Positions 1-8,554 of a DNA stretch of 64,000 nt are shown one piece after another. Origin of the DNA: Oligoflexia bacterium (GTDB lineage: Bacteria > Bdellovibrionota > UBA1018); contig CAVWVI010000004.1 in the NCBI GenBank assembly GCA_963758495.1, positions 1,043,184 to 1,107,183 on the forward strand, read 5' to 3'. The position numbers were made by a program, and so were the translations under genes. The first letter of the stretch is position 1. Every line of letters starts with the position of its first letter. The notes beneath the pieces were generated by a model, which saw nothing but the letters and a program-made list of their open reading frames with translations, was not told where the DNA came from and ran no database searches.

Positions 1-462
1 TGCTTCCTGCCAGCCTTTTGAATCAGATACGCCCGCAAGTACACGTCGTGCCTGACTTGTTATCTGCATCAGCCCGTGAGCAGTGCTTTTTTTCGATTTT
101 GTGTGAATCTCCGGTTCAAAACGCGACTCAACCGCAATCAATGCCTTTATAATAAGGGGGTCAATATTTGGAAATGAAAGATCCTGATTTTTCCAATACT
201 CTAACCAAAATTGAATTGCCGTATCGAAATCTACACCTTTGTCTTTGAAGCCTGCGATTGATTTGAGTGGTGGATACTTTTTCTTTGACTGCCAGTAGAG
301 ATACAATAAATTTTCTTTTAAGAGCCCTGCTCCAAATCTTATCCTCCGACGACGATGAGCCTCTACCCACGTTCGTGCGCCAGAATGGCAAACTCGCTCA
401 TGGCCCTTAACGGCATAGTATCCTGGAGGACATATTTCCGACGAATTCGGTTTATTTAACAT
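1..462 (-). CDS. Lytic transglycosylase (SLT domain) protein, 3' part runs off window
   Basis: Not in ORF track. Manual translation from ATG at 462 gives MLNKPNSSEICPPGYY...IDPLIIKALIAVESRFEP...STAHGLMQIT, with the SLT catalytic ES and GLMQ motifs; open to position 1. Confidence 0.8.
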   Translation of the reverse strand, partial: MLNKPNSSEICPPGYYAVKGHERVCHSGARTWVEAHRRRRIRFGAGLLKENLLYLYWQSKKKYPPLKSIAGFKDKGVDFDTAIQFWLEYWKNQDLSFPNIDPLIIKALIAVESRFEPEIHTKSKKSTAHGLMQITSQARRVLAGVSDSKGWQEA

Positions 463-492
463 GTACAATCACTCATAGCGGATGCAATCAGG

Positions 493-588
493 CTACTGTA
501 GCTTCTGTAGCTTCTGTAGCTTCTGTAGCTTCTGTAGCTTCTGAAGTTCTTTCCCTGCTTGTTTGCTGATAATGACCTTGAGGATCAT
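493..588 (-). pseudogene. RelE/HigB-like toxin N-terminal remnant that degenerates into a tandem repeat
   Basis: Translates MILKVIISKQAGKELQKLQKLQKLQKLQKLQ*; the start resembles RelE-family N-termini (V.ISK.A.KEL.KL). Confidence 0.45.
496..543. repeat. 9-bp tandem repeat (CTGTAGCTT)x5 plus partial copy
   Basis: Read directly. Confidence 0.95.
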
Positions 589-850
589 TCCTATTTGTAA
601 AGCTATTAAAAGTACAGGTCAAGAAATGCTTGCGCTACTCTGTGTTCCGGCATTTTTTCAAAATGACCATTAAGCTTGAGTATCATTTCCTCTGCGTAGG
701 CTGCCACGATCCGAACCCCATACTTCAGGGGCTTATATCATAGGGGAATTGCTGGCCATCACCAGAAATGGTTGAATTTCTTTGTGATTTTGTAAGTTCG
801 TGTCTGAATCACAGCATTAGAAATCAAGGACTTTACAAGAAATGCCGATT

Positions 851-888
851 ATTGTACAATTAGTACATAAAGTACGGAACGTACAATT
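851..888. promoter_or_regulatory. Putative Phd/YefM operator: four GTAC boxes at 9-bp spacing, including palindrome ATTGTACAAT
   Basis: GTAC at 854, 863, 872, 881 just upstream of the antitoxin ATG; TGTACA-type operators are known for YefM/Axe antitoxins. Confidence 0.65.
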
Positions 889-897
889 GAGGTCAAT

Positions 898-1152
898 ATG
901 AATAATCTATCTGCTGCCAAAATGAGAAGTGACTTTGCCGAAGTAGTTAACCGAGTGGCTTTTGGAAAAGAGAGAGTTATCATTACTCGTCGAGGAAAGA
1001 ATCTAGCTGCTGTAGTTCCTGTAGAAGACCTGGAATTGTTACAGGAGATTGAAAATAAAATGGACCTCTCTGAAGCACGCGAAGCCCTTAAAGAGACAAA
1101 AACAAAGGGAACCAAGGCTTGGACGAAACTTAAAAATGAAATGGGCCTATAA
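898..1152 (+). CDS. Phd/YefM family antitoxin
   Basis: R.DFAEVVNRV..GKERVIITRRGK..AAVVP signature. Confidence 0.9.
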   Translation: MNNLSAAKMRSDFAEVVNRVAFGKERVIITRRGKNLAAVVPVEDLELLQEIENKMDLSEAREALKETKTKGTKAWTKLKNEMGL

Positions 1153-1160
1153 GCACTCCC

Positions 1161-1421
1161 ATGGCTTATACTATTGTATTTGCACCTAGAGCAGAAAAAG
1201 ATTTTAAAAAATTAGATAAGCCTATTCAAAAGCAATTACGTCCAAAAATTGATGCTCTTGCCAAAAACCCTAGACATCATGGAGCTGAAAAGCTCGCAGG
1301 AGAAGATGACCTGTATCGAATTAGATCCGGTGATTATCGCATTGTCTATCAAATCCAAGATAAGCAACTGGTAGTACTCTTAGTCAAAATAGGACATAGG
1401 CGAGAAATTTACCAAAGGTAA
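1161..1421 (+). CDS. RelE/ParE family toxin
   Basis: YTIVF..RA.KD.KKL...YRIRSGDYRIVY...KIGHRREIY. Confidence 0.92.
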   Translation: MAYTIVFAPRAEKDFKKLDKPIQKQLRPKIDALAKNPRHHGAEKLAGEDDLYRIRSGDYRIVYQIQDKQLVVLLVKIGHRREIYQR

Positions 1422-1437
1422 TCCAGCCTGAAGAATA

Positions 1438-1644
1438 ATGAAAAGATCTATAGAACTTAATGAAGATAAAGTGAAATTAGCAAAGAAGCTTTCTGGTGCT
1501 TCTACTTTAAAAGATCTCTTGGATAAGGCCTTAGATGCTTATATTGCAAGAGCTAGGAGACTCTCTATGGCGAACATGCTGGGAAGTGGTTTTTTTAAAG
1601 GCGATCTTAATAAAATGAGGAAATCGCGTGGCCATTCTCGATGA
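1438..1644 (+). CDS. VapB family antitoxin (orphan, partner truncated)
   Basis: KRSIELNE..V..A...G..T.KD....AL and C-terminal GDL..MR; similar to the VapB at 7869. Confidence 0.75.
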   Translation: MKRSIELNEDKVKLAKKLSGASTLKDLLDKALDAYIARARRLSMANMLGSGFFKGDLNKMRKSRGHSR

Positions 1645-1657
1645 AATATTCAACTAG
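1628..1657 (+). pseudogene. vapC 5' remnant
   Basis: GTG overlapping the vapB end reads VAILDEIFN*, like VapC starts (MAILVD), and ends at the IS boundary. Confidence 0.45.
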
Positions 1658-2430
1658 TGGGTCAGATGGCTCGGGGATGGCCATTGAAGCAGGCAACCCT
1701 TCGAGCGGCTTCTACTGATCGGCAATTTCGAAGTGGCACCAGAACCTGATAAAGCATGACGGCGTTCTCGGGATCGTTGTCTTCGGATTGCTCTTTTTCC
1801 GCCCCAAACAAATGGAGTAGGATTGTGGTTCCAGGCATGCGCCACTTGTTCAAAGTAATCGATCAAATCCTGAGGACTTTTTGGAATTGCTCCAGCTAAA
1901 GCACGGGCTTTCAGTATATTCTGAATTGATTCAGCCATATTCAGCCAGGACCCACTAATCGGCGTGTAGATGGGCATGACTCCATGGTAGACCCACCAGA
2001 GAACCATTTCCGGTGTTTTGTGGCCTGAGAGATTATCCAGAATCAGTAATATCCGAAGAGGCGGTAGTTTCTCAGGTAGAGTAAACTTGATTTGAAGTCC
2101 GTCTTGCCAGCGCTCCCAGATCGCATTGCGCTGGATTTGGGACATGTGTTGTTGCTTTTTTTGTTCAGGAGTAACAGGAGAGTGCTTAAGAATTGCCGTG
2201 AATTGCGTCTTCATCCAGGGATGCATTACTGCATTGGTGCAGCTTTCCACTCCCTTAATTCTTATTTTCCCATCTTGAGGATGAAACAAAGTCAACACCT
2301 TTGCCGTTCCACCTCGGATATATTCATGAGGAATTCTGGCTGGATGGGACTCCAATTGCCAGCTGCGGCCAGGTTGTGGGATCGCTTGAAAAGGGCCAGC
2401 CTCATCTTCACACCACAAATCTAAGCCCAA
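1654..2430 (-). CDS. IS630 transposase DDE part (OrfB), probably fused to OrfA by -1 frameshift
   Basis: EDEAG, LILDNLSGHK and GSWLNMAES motifs of DDE_3. Confidence 0.88.
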   Translation of the reverse strand: MGLDLWCEDEAGPFQAIPQPGRSWQLESHPARIPHEYIRGGTAKVLTLFHPQDGKIRIKGVESCTNAVMHPWMKTQFTAILKHSPVTPEQKKQQHMSQIQRNAIWERWQDGLQIKFTLPEKLPPLRILLILDNLSGHKTPEMVLWWVYHGVMPIYTPISGSWLNMAESIQNILKARALAGAIPKSPQDLIDYFEQVAHAWNHNPTPFVWGGKRAIRRQRSRERRHALSGSGATSKLPISRSRSKGCLLQWPSPSHLTH

Positions 2431-3011
2431 CTTACTGGCTTCCGAGTACGCCGTCTCGATAATTTTTTTTTAGCAACTCGATCAATATCTTTAACTTCAA
2501 CAGGGCCGTCTTTGTGCATCCGCATTGTTTTACCAGTATCTACCCAAGTTCTATTATGCTGCCAAGAATATCCATTCTCGTGAAGAGTTTTCCAAATAAT
2601 GGAAGTACTCACAACTAATTGATCTCTTCTTTTGAGTGCCACTTGAAGAGTATTTAAGGACCAGGTCGCAGTCCCATCTTGCTCTCTATCTGGAGGAGTT
2701 TTAAATCGCTTCAAAATCTTTTCTTGTTCAGACGCTCCATACTGAATAGGATTCCCACCTCCATGGCGGAGATTGAGCGCCGTCATTCCCATTCGATTAA
2801 AGCGAAAGACCAGGTAAGAGACGGCGTCATTCGATCTCCTTCCTGCTGCTTGTGCAGCCTCGGAGTAAGAAAGTCCCGCCTCCACTGCCAAGAGTTCTTT
2901 AGCCCACGCAACTCGATAAGCGGGTTCTGCCGAAGAGTGGGTCAAATGCTCTAGAGCTTGATGTTCTTTTTGTGTTAGGGTTCGAAGTGCTTCTTTTCTA
3001 GCAGCAGCCAT
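2421..3011 (-). CDS. IS630 transposase N-terminal HTH part (OrfA)
   Basis: HTH and winged-HTH-like segments (WSL..L...L...V....IW..L...GYSW); ends at an A9 run. Confidence 0.85.
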   Translation of the reverse strand: MAAARKEALRTLTQKEHQALEHLTHSSAEPAYRVAWAKELLAVEAGLSYSEAAQAAGRRSNDAVSYLVFRFNRMGMTALNLRHGGGNPIQYGASEQEKILKRFKTPPDREQDGTATWSLNTLQVALKRRDQLVVSTSIIWKTLHENGYSWQHNRTWVDTGKTMRMHKDGPVEVKDIDRVAKKKLSRRRTRKPVSWA

Positions 3012-3120
3012 GATTGAATTCCCTCCATGACTGACTAGGATTGCCTTTTCAGTGCCAATCCTTTCTGCTCGCTTTTAGAATCAGACAACAAAATTGGCCA
3101 TCCCCGAGCCATCTGACCCA

Positions 3121-4260
3121 CTAGCTCTCCAACGACTCAAGCCACTTACTCGCCTGAAGAATTTGAATGTTCTTTCGACTCTGCTCTCGATGTAAATTAC
3201 GCACGAGCTGAATGCTATGGAGAGGTTGAATTCGGTCAGTGAAATATTGCAAATGCGGAGATATTTCTCCGTCAGAAAGCTTAGTTTCAATAAGATATTC
3301 AACGGTTTTATTTCGAATCGTTAGAAAATCGACTTCTTTTTTTTCTTTATCTTTTAGATAATGAAGGTGAAGCGTCTCGCCTTTGCAATCCTCTAAATAA
3401 TGCTGACGTTTTAACAATGAACAGGCGACTAAGTTTTCAAACCGTGCCCCTGGATCAGGCTTAACTCTTCCGGTATCAAAAAAATAGATCTTGGGTTCCT
3501 TTAATATCGACCTCGCAATATTCTTAGAATAGGGGGTCACTACAAAAATGACGAAAAGATTTTCCAGAACCTGAACCCACTTTTTTATAGTATGAGGAGA
3601 GACTTCAATGTCTTTTGCAAGTGAAGCATAAGAAACCGTACTGCCCACTCTTTCGCTCAAAAGATCAACCAAGATTTCTAGCTGTTTTAATTCTCGCACT
3701 TTTTCAAGATCCAAAAGATCTTCCCGCAAAATCCGATCTAGATGACTTTTTCTCCATCGATTTGCCTCAATTTCTGATTGGCTTAAAAAAGGCTCCGGAA
3801 ATCCTCCACGTTGAAGCAAAAGAGAAAGAACTTCTTCAGACGGTAAGTGACCCTTCATCTCAGCAACACTCAAAGGGTGAAGCCTATAGAGATGATGACG
3901 ACCCGCAAGAGAATCACCCCCCCTTCGAAATATATCTAAACGCGCAGATCCAGTGGCTAGCAACCGGGGTGGGATTTTTTCTGTGTCATAGATTCCTTTG
4001 ATCCATCTTTTCCAAACCTTCATCTTGTGAATTTCATCAAAGATGACCAAGTCTCGATTGCGACTCCACCCTTCTGCCAAGATAATGGAGCGGTCTTGTT
4101 TACGATCAAAATTAAGATATTCGAAATTTTCAGGAAACAGCCTCTGAGATAGATAAGTTTTGCCTACCTGCCTAGGACCTGAAAGCAGGACAATCTTCTT
4201 GCTCAAGTCCAACTTAAGCTGGCCTGTAATAGTTCTTTCTATTGTTTCCAAATGAACCAT
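3121..4260 (-). CDS. AAA_14 ATPase with DUF4143 C-terminal domain
   Basis: GPRQVGKT Walker A, IFDEIH Walker B, TGSA, GGFPE, KEVDF; probable start MVHLE at 4260 (ORF track extends to 4308). Confidence 0.88.
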   Translation of the reverse strand: MVHLETIERTITGQLKLDLSKKIVLLSGPRQVGKTYLSQRLFPENFEYLNFDRKQDRSIILAEGWSRNRDLVIFDEIHKMKVWKRWIKGIYDTEKIPPRLLATGSARLDIFRRGGDSLAGRHHLYRLHPLSVAEMKGHLPSEEVLSLLLQRGGFPEPFLSQSEIEANRWRKSHLDRILREDLLDLEKVRELKQLEILVDLLSERVGSTVSYASLAKDIEVSPHTIKKWVQVLENLFVIFVVTPYSKNIARSILKEPKIYFFDTGRVKPDPGARFENLVACSLLKRQHYLEDCKGETLHLHYLKDKEKKEVDFLTIRNKTVEYLIETKLSDGEISPHLQYFTDRIQPLHSIQLVRNLHREQSRKNIQILQASKWLESLES

Positions 4261-4263
4261 ATT

Positions 4264-4325
4264 GACTAAAATGCACTCAATTGCAAAAAAGTCACGACTA
4301 AAATGCATTAGGCTGCATTTTGGTC
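4264..4325. promoter_or_regulatory. Three 12-bp boxes (GACTAAAATGCA x2 direct, one inverted copy with 1 mismatch) upstream of the ATPase
   Basis: 4264-4275, 4296-4307, inverted TGCATTTTGGTC at 4314-4325. Confidence 0.55.
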
Positions 4326-4343
4326 AAACGGCCCAAACTCTTC

Positions 4344-5288
4344 TTATGGAATAGTTTGTACAAACTGCTTTCGCGCGATCAAAATATCTTTGGCAATTTG
4401 CTCTTTCAGTTCTTCTACGCCAGAAAACTTCTTCTCATCGCGCAATCGAGACAGGAACTCCACTTCCATTGTGGTTCCGTACAAATCGATTGTGGTATCT
4501 AATAAATGAGTTTCAACTAATGCTGGGAGCTCATGCCCTTCTAACTGAAAGGTGGGGCGCACACCCACATTGGTCACACTTGGGTAGTGCTTACCTGCTA
4601 GGACTGCGAAACTTGCATAAACTCCATAAGGAAGAGTGAGCTTATTCTCAATTTTCAAATTAGCCGTAGGAAATCCAATCTTTCTACCTCTACCCTCGCC
4701 TTTTATGACGACGCCTCGGTAGAAAAATCTGCGCCCTAATAACAGATGCGCTTCGTGCAGCTTGCCTGCAAGTAAATGCTGTCGAATCTTCGAACTAGAA
4801 ACGACTTCACCCTGAACTCTTTGAGGCTCAACCACAATGAGTTCAACACGTGCATTTTTACAAAAGGTTGCCATCGCCTCTAAATGCCCATGGCGCTCTT
4901 TTCCAAATCCAAAATCATAACCGACTACAATCACTTCCGCACTCAACTGCCTCATGAGTACATCATTGAAAAACTGCTCAGGCTCAATGGTCGAGAATTC
5001 GCGACTAAAGGGTTCTTCTACAGTAATATCCACGCCTAGTCGTTCCAGAATATCTAATTTTTCATCATAAGTAGAGAGCAGCTGAAGCGAATTGGCCGGT
5101 CTAAGGGCCGCTTGAGGATGAGGTCGAAAGGTATAAGCCACACACTGACCTTGCCGCATTCGGGCTTTCTCTATGGCTAGCTGAATGATTTTCTGATGCC
5201 CTAAATGGACTCCATCGAAATTACCAATAGTTACAACAGGGTTAGAAACAGAATGAGATAAAGATTGAATGCCTCTCACTCGCTCCAT
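4344..5288 (-). CDS. ribF: Bifunctional riboflavin kinase/FAD synthetase
   Basis: IGNFDGVHLGHQ, VSSS.IR, GRKIGFPTAN, NVG.RPT. Confidence 0.97.
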   Translation of the reverse strand: MERVRGIQSLSHSVSNPVVTIGNFDGVHLGHQKIIQLAIEKARMRQGQCVAYTFRPHPQAALRPANSLQLLSTYDEKLDILERLGVDITVEEPFSREFSTIEPEQFFNDVLMRQLSAEVIVVGYDFGFGKERHGHLEAMATFCKNARVELIVVEPQRVQGEVVSSSKIRQHLLAGKLHEAHLLLGRRFFYRGVVIKGEGRGRKIGFPTANLKIENKLTLPYGVYASFAVLAGKHYPSVTNVGVRPTFQLEGHELPALVETHLLDTTIDLYGTTMEVEFLSRLRDEKKFSGVEELKEQIAKDILIARKQFVQTIP

Positions 5289-5293
5289 AGAGA

Positions 5294-5683
5294 TTAACCT
5301 TGAAGTTGTTTGACCGGAGGTACAGCCGGTTTTGGAGCAGGTTTAAAAGTATACCCGCACGTATCAATTTCTGCATCCTGTGCATCAAAAGGGTAGTTAC
5401 GACAATTAGCGGGCCGCAGATCACCATACACACGGCAATAAGGTAAATTCTGATTATCACGCCCTAAAAAGGGGCACTTATAAATCAACTCACAGCACAA
5501 ACCACAACGATGACATTCCCCTTCGCGGGTTTCCTCAATCGCCTTTTTGATATATTCGGGCTTGAAAGTGCCTAAATAAAATCTCCTCATCTTGCGCAAA
5601 ACCTGCCCCAAAAGGGATCTTTCAATGATCTTTCGCTGGTACCATGTCTGAACTGCTTGGCTTAAACTCATTTGAGTACACAT
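5294..5683 (-). CDS. Cys-rich CxxCxxCC (YkgJ-like) Fe-S/Zn protein
   Basis: CHRCGLCC...CPFL...CRVY..RP..CRNYPF. Confidence 0.75.
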   Translation of the reverse strand: MCTQMSLSQAVQTWYQRKIIERSLLGQVLRKMRRFYLGTFKPEYIKKAIEETREGECHRCGLCCELIYKCPFLGRDNQNLPYCRVYGDLRPANCRNYPFDAQDAEIDTCGYTFKPAPKPAVPPVKQLQG

Positions 5684-5856
5684 TAGCCATAACTAGGTCA
5701 CTCCCGTCAAGAAGGGAGAGCGTATGGCCATCCTAAACTTTCTAATGGCTTCTATGCCGAATATTTTTAAAAATTTAACTAAATTAGCTAAGTTTTTATC
5801 CTGGGCTTACGACGAGCACTGGCGCGATAGCCTATTTATTAAGGAAAATGCTCAAT

Positions 5857-5893
5857 TTGACTCCTCAAGTATAGTGTAATACACTATACTTGA
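5857..5893 (+). promoter_or_regulatory. Sigma70 promoter (TTGACT-17-TACACT) overlapped by a perfect 14-bp inverted repeat operator
   Basis: TCAAGTATAGTGTA-A-TACACTATACTTGA at 5865-5893, a few nt before the ATG at 5899. Confidence 0.75.
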
Positions 5894-5898
5894 TACTT

Positions 5899-6246
5899 AT
5901 GGCTCAATTTGAATTCATAGAATGGCTCTTGCTCTGGTTACTTGAAACGTCCTTTTTTGAATTTGATTGGGATGCTGGGAATTCAACTAAAAACGCAAAC
6001 AAACACTGCGTCACCATTCTTGAAATCGAACAGGCATTTCGTCTTCGAAAAGCAGTTCCTCTTGGAATTCAGATCAAGCCAAAGAAAAATGAAGAAACTT
6101 ATGGGATTGTGGCGATAACCGACAATGATAGGTTACTGATGATTGCATTCACTTTACGCAATCAAAAGGTGAGAGCTATTAGCGCTCGCCCAGCTAGCCA
6201 GAAGGAGAGGATTTATTATGAAGCGTACTTACGTGAAATCTCTTAA
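5899..6246 (+). CDS. BrnT family toxin
   Basis: FEFDWD..N..KN..KH.V...E...F...FTLR..KVRAISAR.A..KER..Y. Confidence 0.88.
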   Translation: MAQFEFIEWLLLWLLETSFFEFDWDAGNSTKNANKHCVTILEIEQAFRLRKAVPLGIQIKPKKNEETYGIVAITDNDRLLMIAFTLRNQKVRAISARPASQKERIYYEAYLREIS

Positions 6247-6457
6247 GGAGTATGAAGGTGATTCTCAATTTAATGAAAAAAAACTTCTTGATGCAGCAAA
6301 GCGGCTAAAAAACAGTAGAAAACTCCCAACAAGTATCGCTCTTGAAAAGGAGACCGTCCGTGAACTCAAGAGCCTGGCTGATGAACGCGGAGTTCCCTAT
6401 CAAGTCCTGATGAGGATGTTCATTATTGATGGGTTGAAAAAATTTCATTCCCGATAG
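6218..6457 (+). CDS. BrnA/CopG-type antitoxin
   Basis: TSIAL......LK.LA.ERGVPYQ.LMR RHH motif; overlaps brnT. Confidence 0.85.
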   Translation: MKRTYVKSLKEYEGDSQFNEKKLLDAAKRLKNSRKLPTSIALEKETVRELKSLADERGVPYQVLMRMFIIDGLKKFHSR

Positions 6458-6602
6458 TCTTATTGAGAAATCTACATCAAAATATGCGTCAAACTCTGGC
6501 GCTGATTTTACGAAGGGTTCCTAGGTCTCTTTTTAACGAAGGAAAAGGCCAGTTTTTATCCTATTGACATTTTGGGTAGCTTCGCTAAGTTTCTGAAGCG
6601 AG

Positions 6603-7511
6603 GTGAACGTGGAAAAAAGCAAAAAAACTCATCATAGGTCATCTCAAACCTCACCGCAGTCACAAGTACACTTGCCATCCCATTTGCAGCCATCTTTACA
6701 AAAAGACGCGAAAATCATCACGATTGCCAACCAAAAAGGTGGCGTAGGCAAAACTACTACAACAATGAATCTGGGCGTGGCCCTCGCAAAAGCAGGAAAA
6801 CGTGTACTGCTCGTAGATGGAGACCCTCAGGCTAATCTCACCAGCTATTTAGGCGTCTCGCCTGGCGAACCGCCCTACGAAAGCCTCCACACTCTAGATG
6901 AAATCTACCTTGCAAAACGCCCGTTGGACAAAAATGGACGTCATCTTTTCATTACAAAAACGACCTCGGGAGTCGATTTAATTGCCTCTGACAAAGCTTT
7001 AGCCGGAGTAGAATATTACCTTTTTACTCGGCCTGATCGCGAAGTCGTCTTGGCTCGTTTTCTGAATACGATTCGCCATGATTACGATTTTATTGTAATT
7101 GATACTCCTCCCAGCTTAAATTTACTCACTCTCAATGCACTCTGCGCAAGCGATCACGTCTTGATTCCAGTTCAACCCGAATTCTTTAGTCTGGAAGGAA
7201 TCGTTAAAATCCGTGAAGCGATTCACGATATTCGAGACCGCTGGAACCCGAAGATTTCTATTATTGGTGTCCTACCTACCCAAGTCTCTCACCGCCGCAA
7301 GCTCACTCAAGAAGTGATTCTAGCGTTAAAGGAAGAACTCGGTGAGACACTTTTTGATGGAGCGATCCATGACAACGCAGCAGTCGCCGAAAGCTCAGGC
7401 CACGCAAAATCTGTTTTAGAATATGATCGTTCATCGCGCGGTGCTCTCGATTACTTGGCTGCTGCCAAGGAACTCTTAAACCGCTGTTCCCAAGCTCAAC
7501 CGGAGGTCTAA
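6603..7511 (+). CDS. ParA/Soj family ATPase (no adjacent parB)
   Basis: NQKGGVGKTT deviant Walker A, D.DPQ.N, IDTPPS. Confidence 0.92.
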   Translation: MNVEKSKKTHHRSSQTSPQSQVHLPSHLQPSLQKDAKIITIANQKGGVGKTTTTMNLGVALAKAGKRVLLVDGDPQANLTSYLGVSPGEPPYESLHTLDEIYLAKRPLDKNGRHLFITKTTSGVDLIASDKALAGVEYYLFTRPDREVVLARFLNTIRHDYDFIVIDTPPSLNLLTLNALCASDHVLIPVQPEFFSLEGIVKIREAIHDIRDRWNPKISIIGVLPTQVSHRRKLTQEVILALKEELGETLFDGAIHDNAAVAESSGHAKSVLEYDRSSRGALDYLAAAKELLNRCSQAQPEV

Positions 7512-7518
7512 AATAGTC

Positions 7519-7755
7519 ATGGCAAAGGCAAAACACCTTGGAAGAAATCCTTTTACCCAAAAGCAGGCGGCTTTTCAAAAGTCTTCAAAATCTCCAAAAA
7601 GCGAACCAACCGCAGCTAATAGTGCGCGAAGTACTCAATGTCCGATGAAAAATCCCTTTCATTTTCTTTTCGTCGCTCTACCGGTAGGTTCCGTTGTTCT
7701 TGCATTGAAGACTGTACTTAAGTTTAAGGATAGGGTCGTCGGCTCTTCGAGGTGA
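7519..7755 (+). CDS. Small basic protein, putative ParA partner
   Basis: 7 bp after parA; N-terminal KAKHLGRNPF; hydrophobic C-terminal segment. Confidence 0.55.
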   Translation: MAKAKHLGRNPFTQKQAAFQKSSKSPKSEPTAANSARSTQCPMKNPFHFLFVALPVGSVVLALKTVLKFKDRVVGSSR

Positions 7756-7854
7756 GAGGCCATGATAAGACTCATTTACGACCTATCGTAAATGGGTATT
7801 GACTCAAGAAAAAAGAAAATAACTCTGATTCCGTTGATTAATAAAGATTAAGCA

Positions 7855-7867
7855 TGCATACTATGCA
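7855..7867. promoter_or_regulatory. Palindrome TGCATA-C-TATGCA, putative vapBC operator
   Basis: Immediately before the probable start at 7869. Confidence 0.5.
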
Positions 7868-7868
7868 C

Positions 7869-8090
7869 ATGAAACGTACAAATCTTGTGTTAGATGAACA
7901 ACTTCTTGAAAAAGCCACTCAAGTTTTAGGGCAAAAGACTTATTCGGCAACTGTGAATAAAGCACTTGAAGAGGCTATCCGAATGGTCAAGATCAGACAA
8001 CTTTCTCAGTTTATGGGTAAATCAGTTTGGGAAGGGAATCTTTCTGAAATGAGAGAGGATAAGCTTATCAGTACTAAAAAGAAAAAATAA
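7869..8090 (+). CDS. VapB family antitoxin
   Basis: MKRTNLVLDEQLL...G.KT....VN.AL...WEGNL..MR. Confidence 0.88.
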   Translation: MKRTNLVLDEQLLEKATQVLGQKTYSATVNKALEEAIRMVKIRQLSQFMGKSVWEGNLSEMREDKLISTKKKK

Positions 8091-8115
8091 TTTATGCCTT
8101 TTAGAAAGCGAAAAT

Positions 8116-8505
8116 ATGATTTTAGTTGATACCTCCGTTTGGATAGATTTATTAGGAAAAAATAAAAATTTTCGAATTAATTCTGAACAGTTATTTTCAA
8201 TTGTAACTTGCCCACCTATTCTACAGGAAATTTTCCAAGGAATACGGAACGATTTAGCCTATCATACTATCCAAGACAGTCTTCTGGCTCTCTCTCGAGT
8301 TTCTGATCCTGTTCCCTTAGATGTTTATTTATTTGCGGCAGATATTTATAGATCGGGTAGAAAAAAAGGATTTACGATTCGTTCATCATTCGATTGCCTT
8401 ATTGCTGCTATTGCAATTCGAGAAAAATTACCAGTATGGCATTTAGATCGTGATTTTAATCTAATAGCAAAATATACCGACCTAAAGACTCAAAATTCGT
8501 TATGA
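8116..8505 (+). CDS. VapC PIN-domain toxin
   Basis: ILVDTSVWID, E, DCLIAA.A, DRDF. Confidence 0.93.
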   Translation: MILVDTSVWIDLLGKNKNFRINSEQLFSIVTCPPILQEIFQGIRNDLAYHTIQDSLLALSRVSDPVPLDVYLFAADIYRSGRKKGFTIRSSFDCLIAAIAIREKLPVWHLDRDFNLIAKYTDLKTQNSL

Positions 8506-8554
8506 TATAATTTGTCTTTAAAACACTATTTATCTTATTGAATTATAAAGCCCC

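Larger units (their letters stand above)
1654..3124 (-). mobile_element. IS630-family insertion sequence with perfect 30-bp terminal inverted repeats
   Basis: CTAGTGGGTCAGATGGCTCGGGGATGGCCA at 1654-1683 and its reverse complement at 3095-3124; CTAG/TA target; encodes HTH + DDE ORFs. Confidence 0.92.

Noticed and set aside
161..391. 76-aa ORF from the track
   Set aside because: Alternative frame inside the SLT gene, which has recognisable motifs
496..543. 9-bp repeat as a CRISPR array
   Set aside because: Contiguous units without spacers
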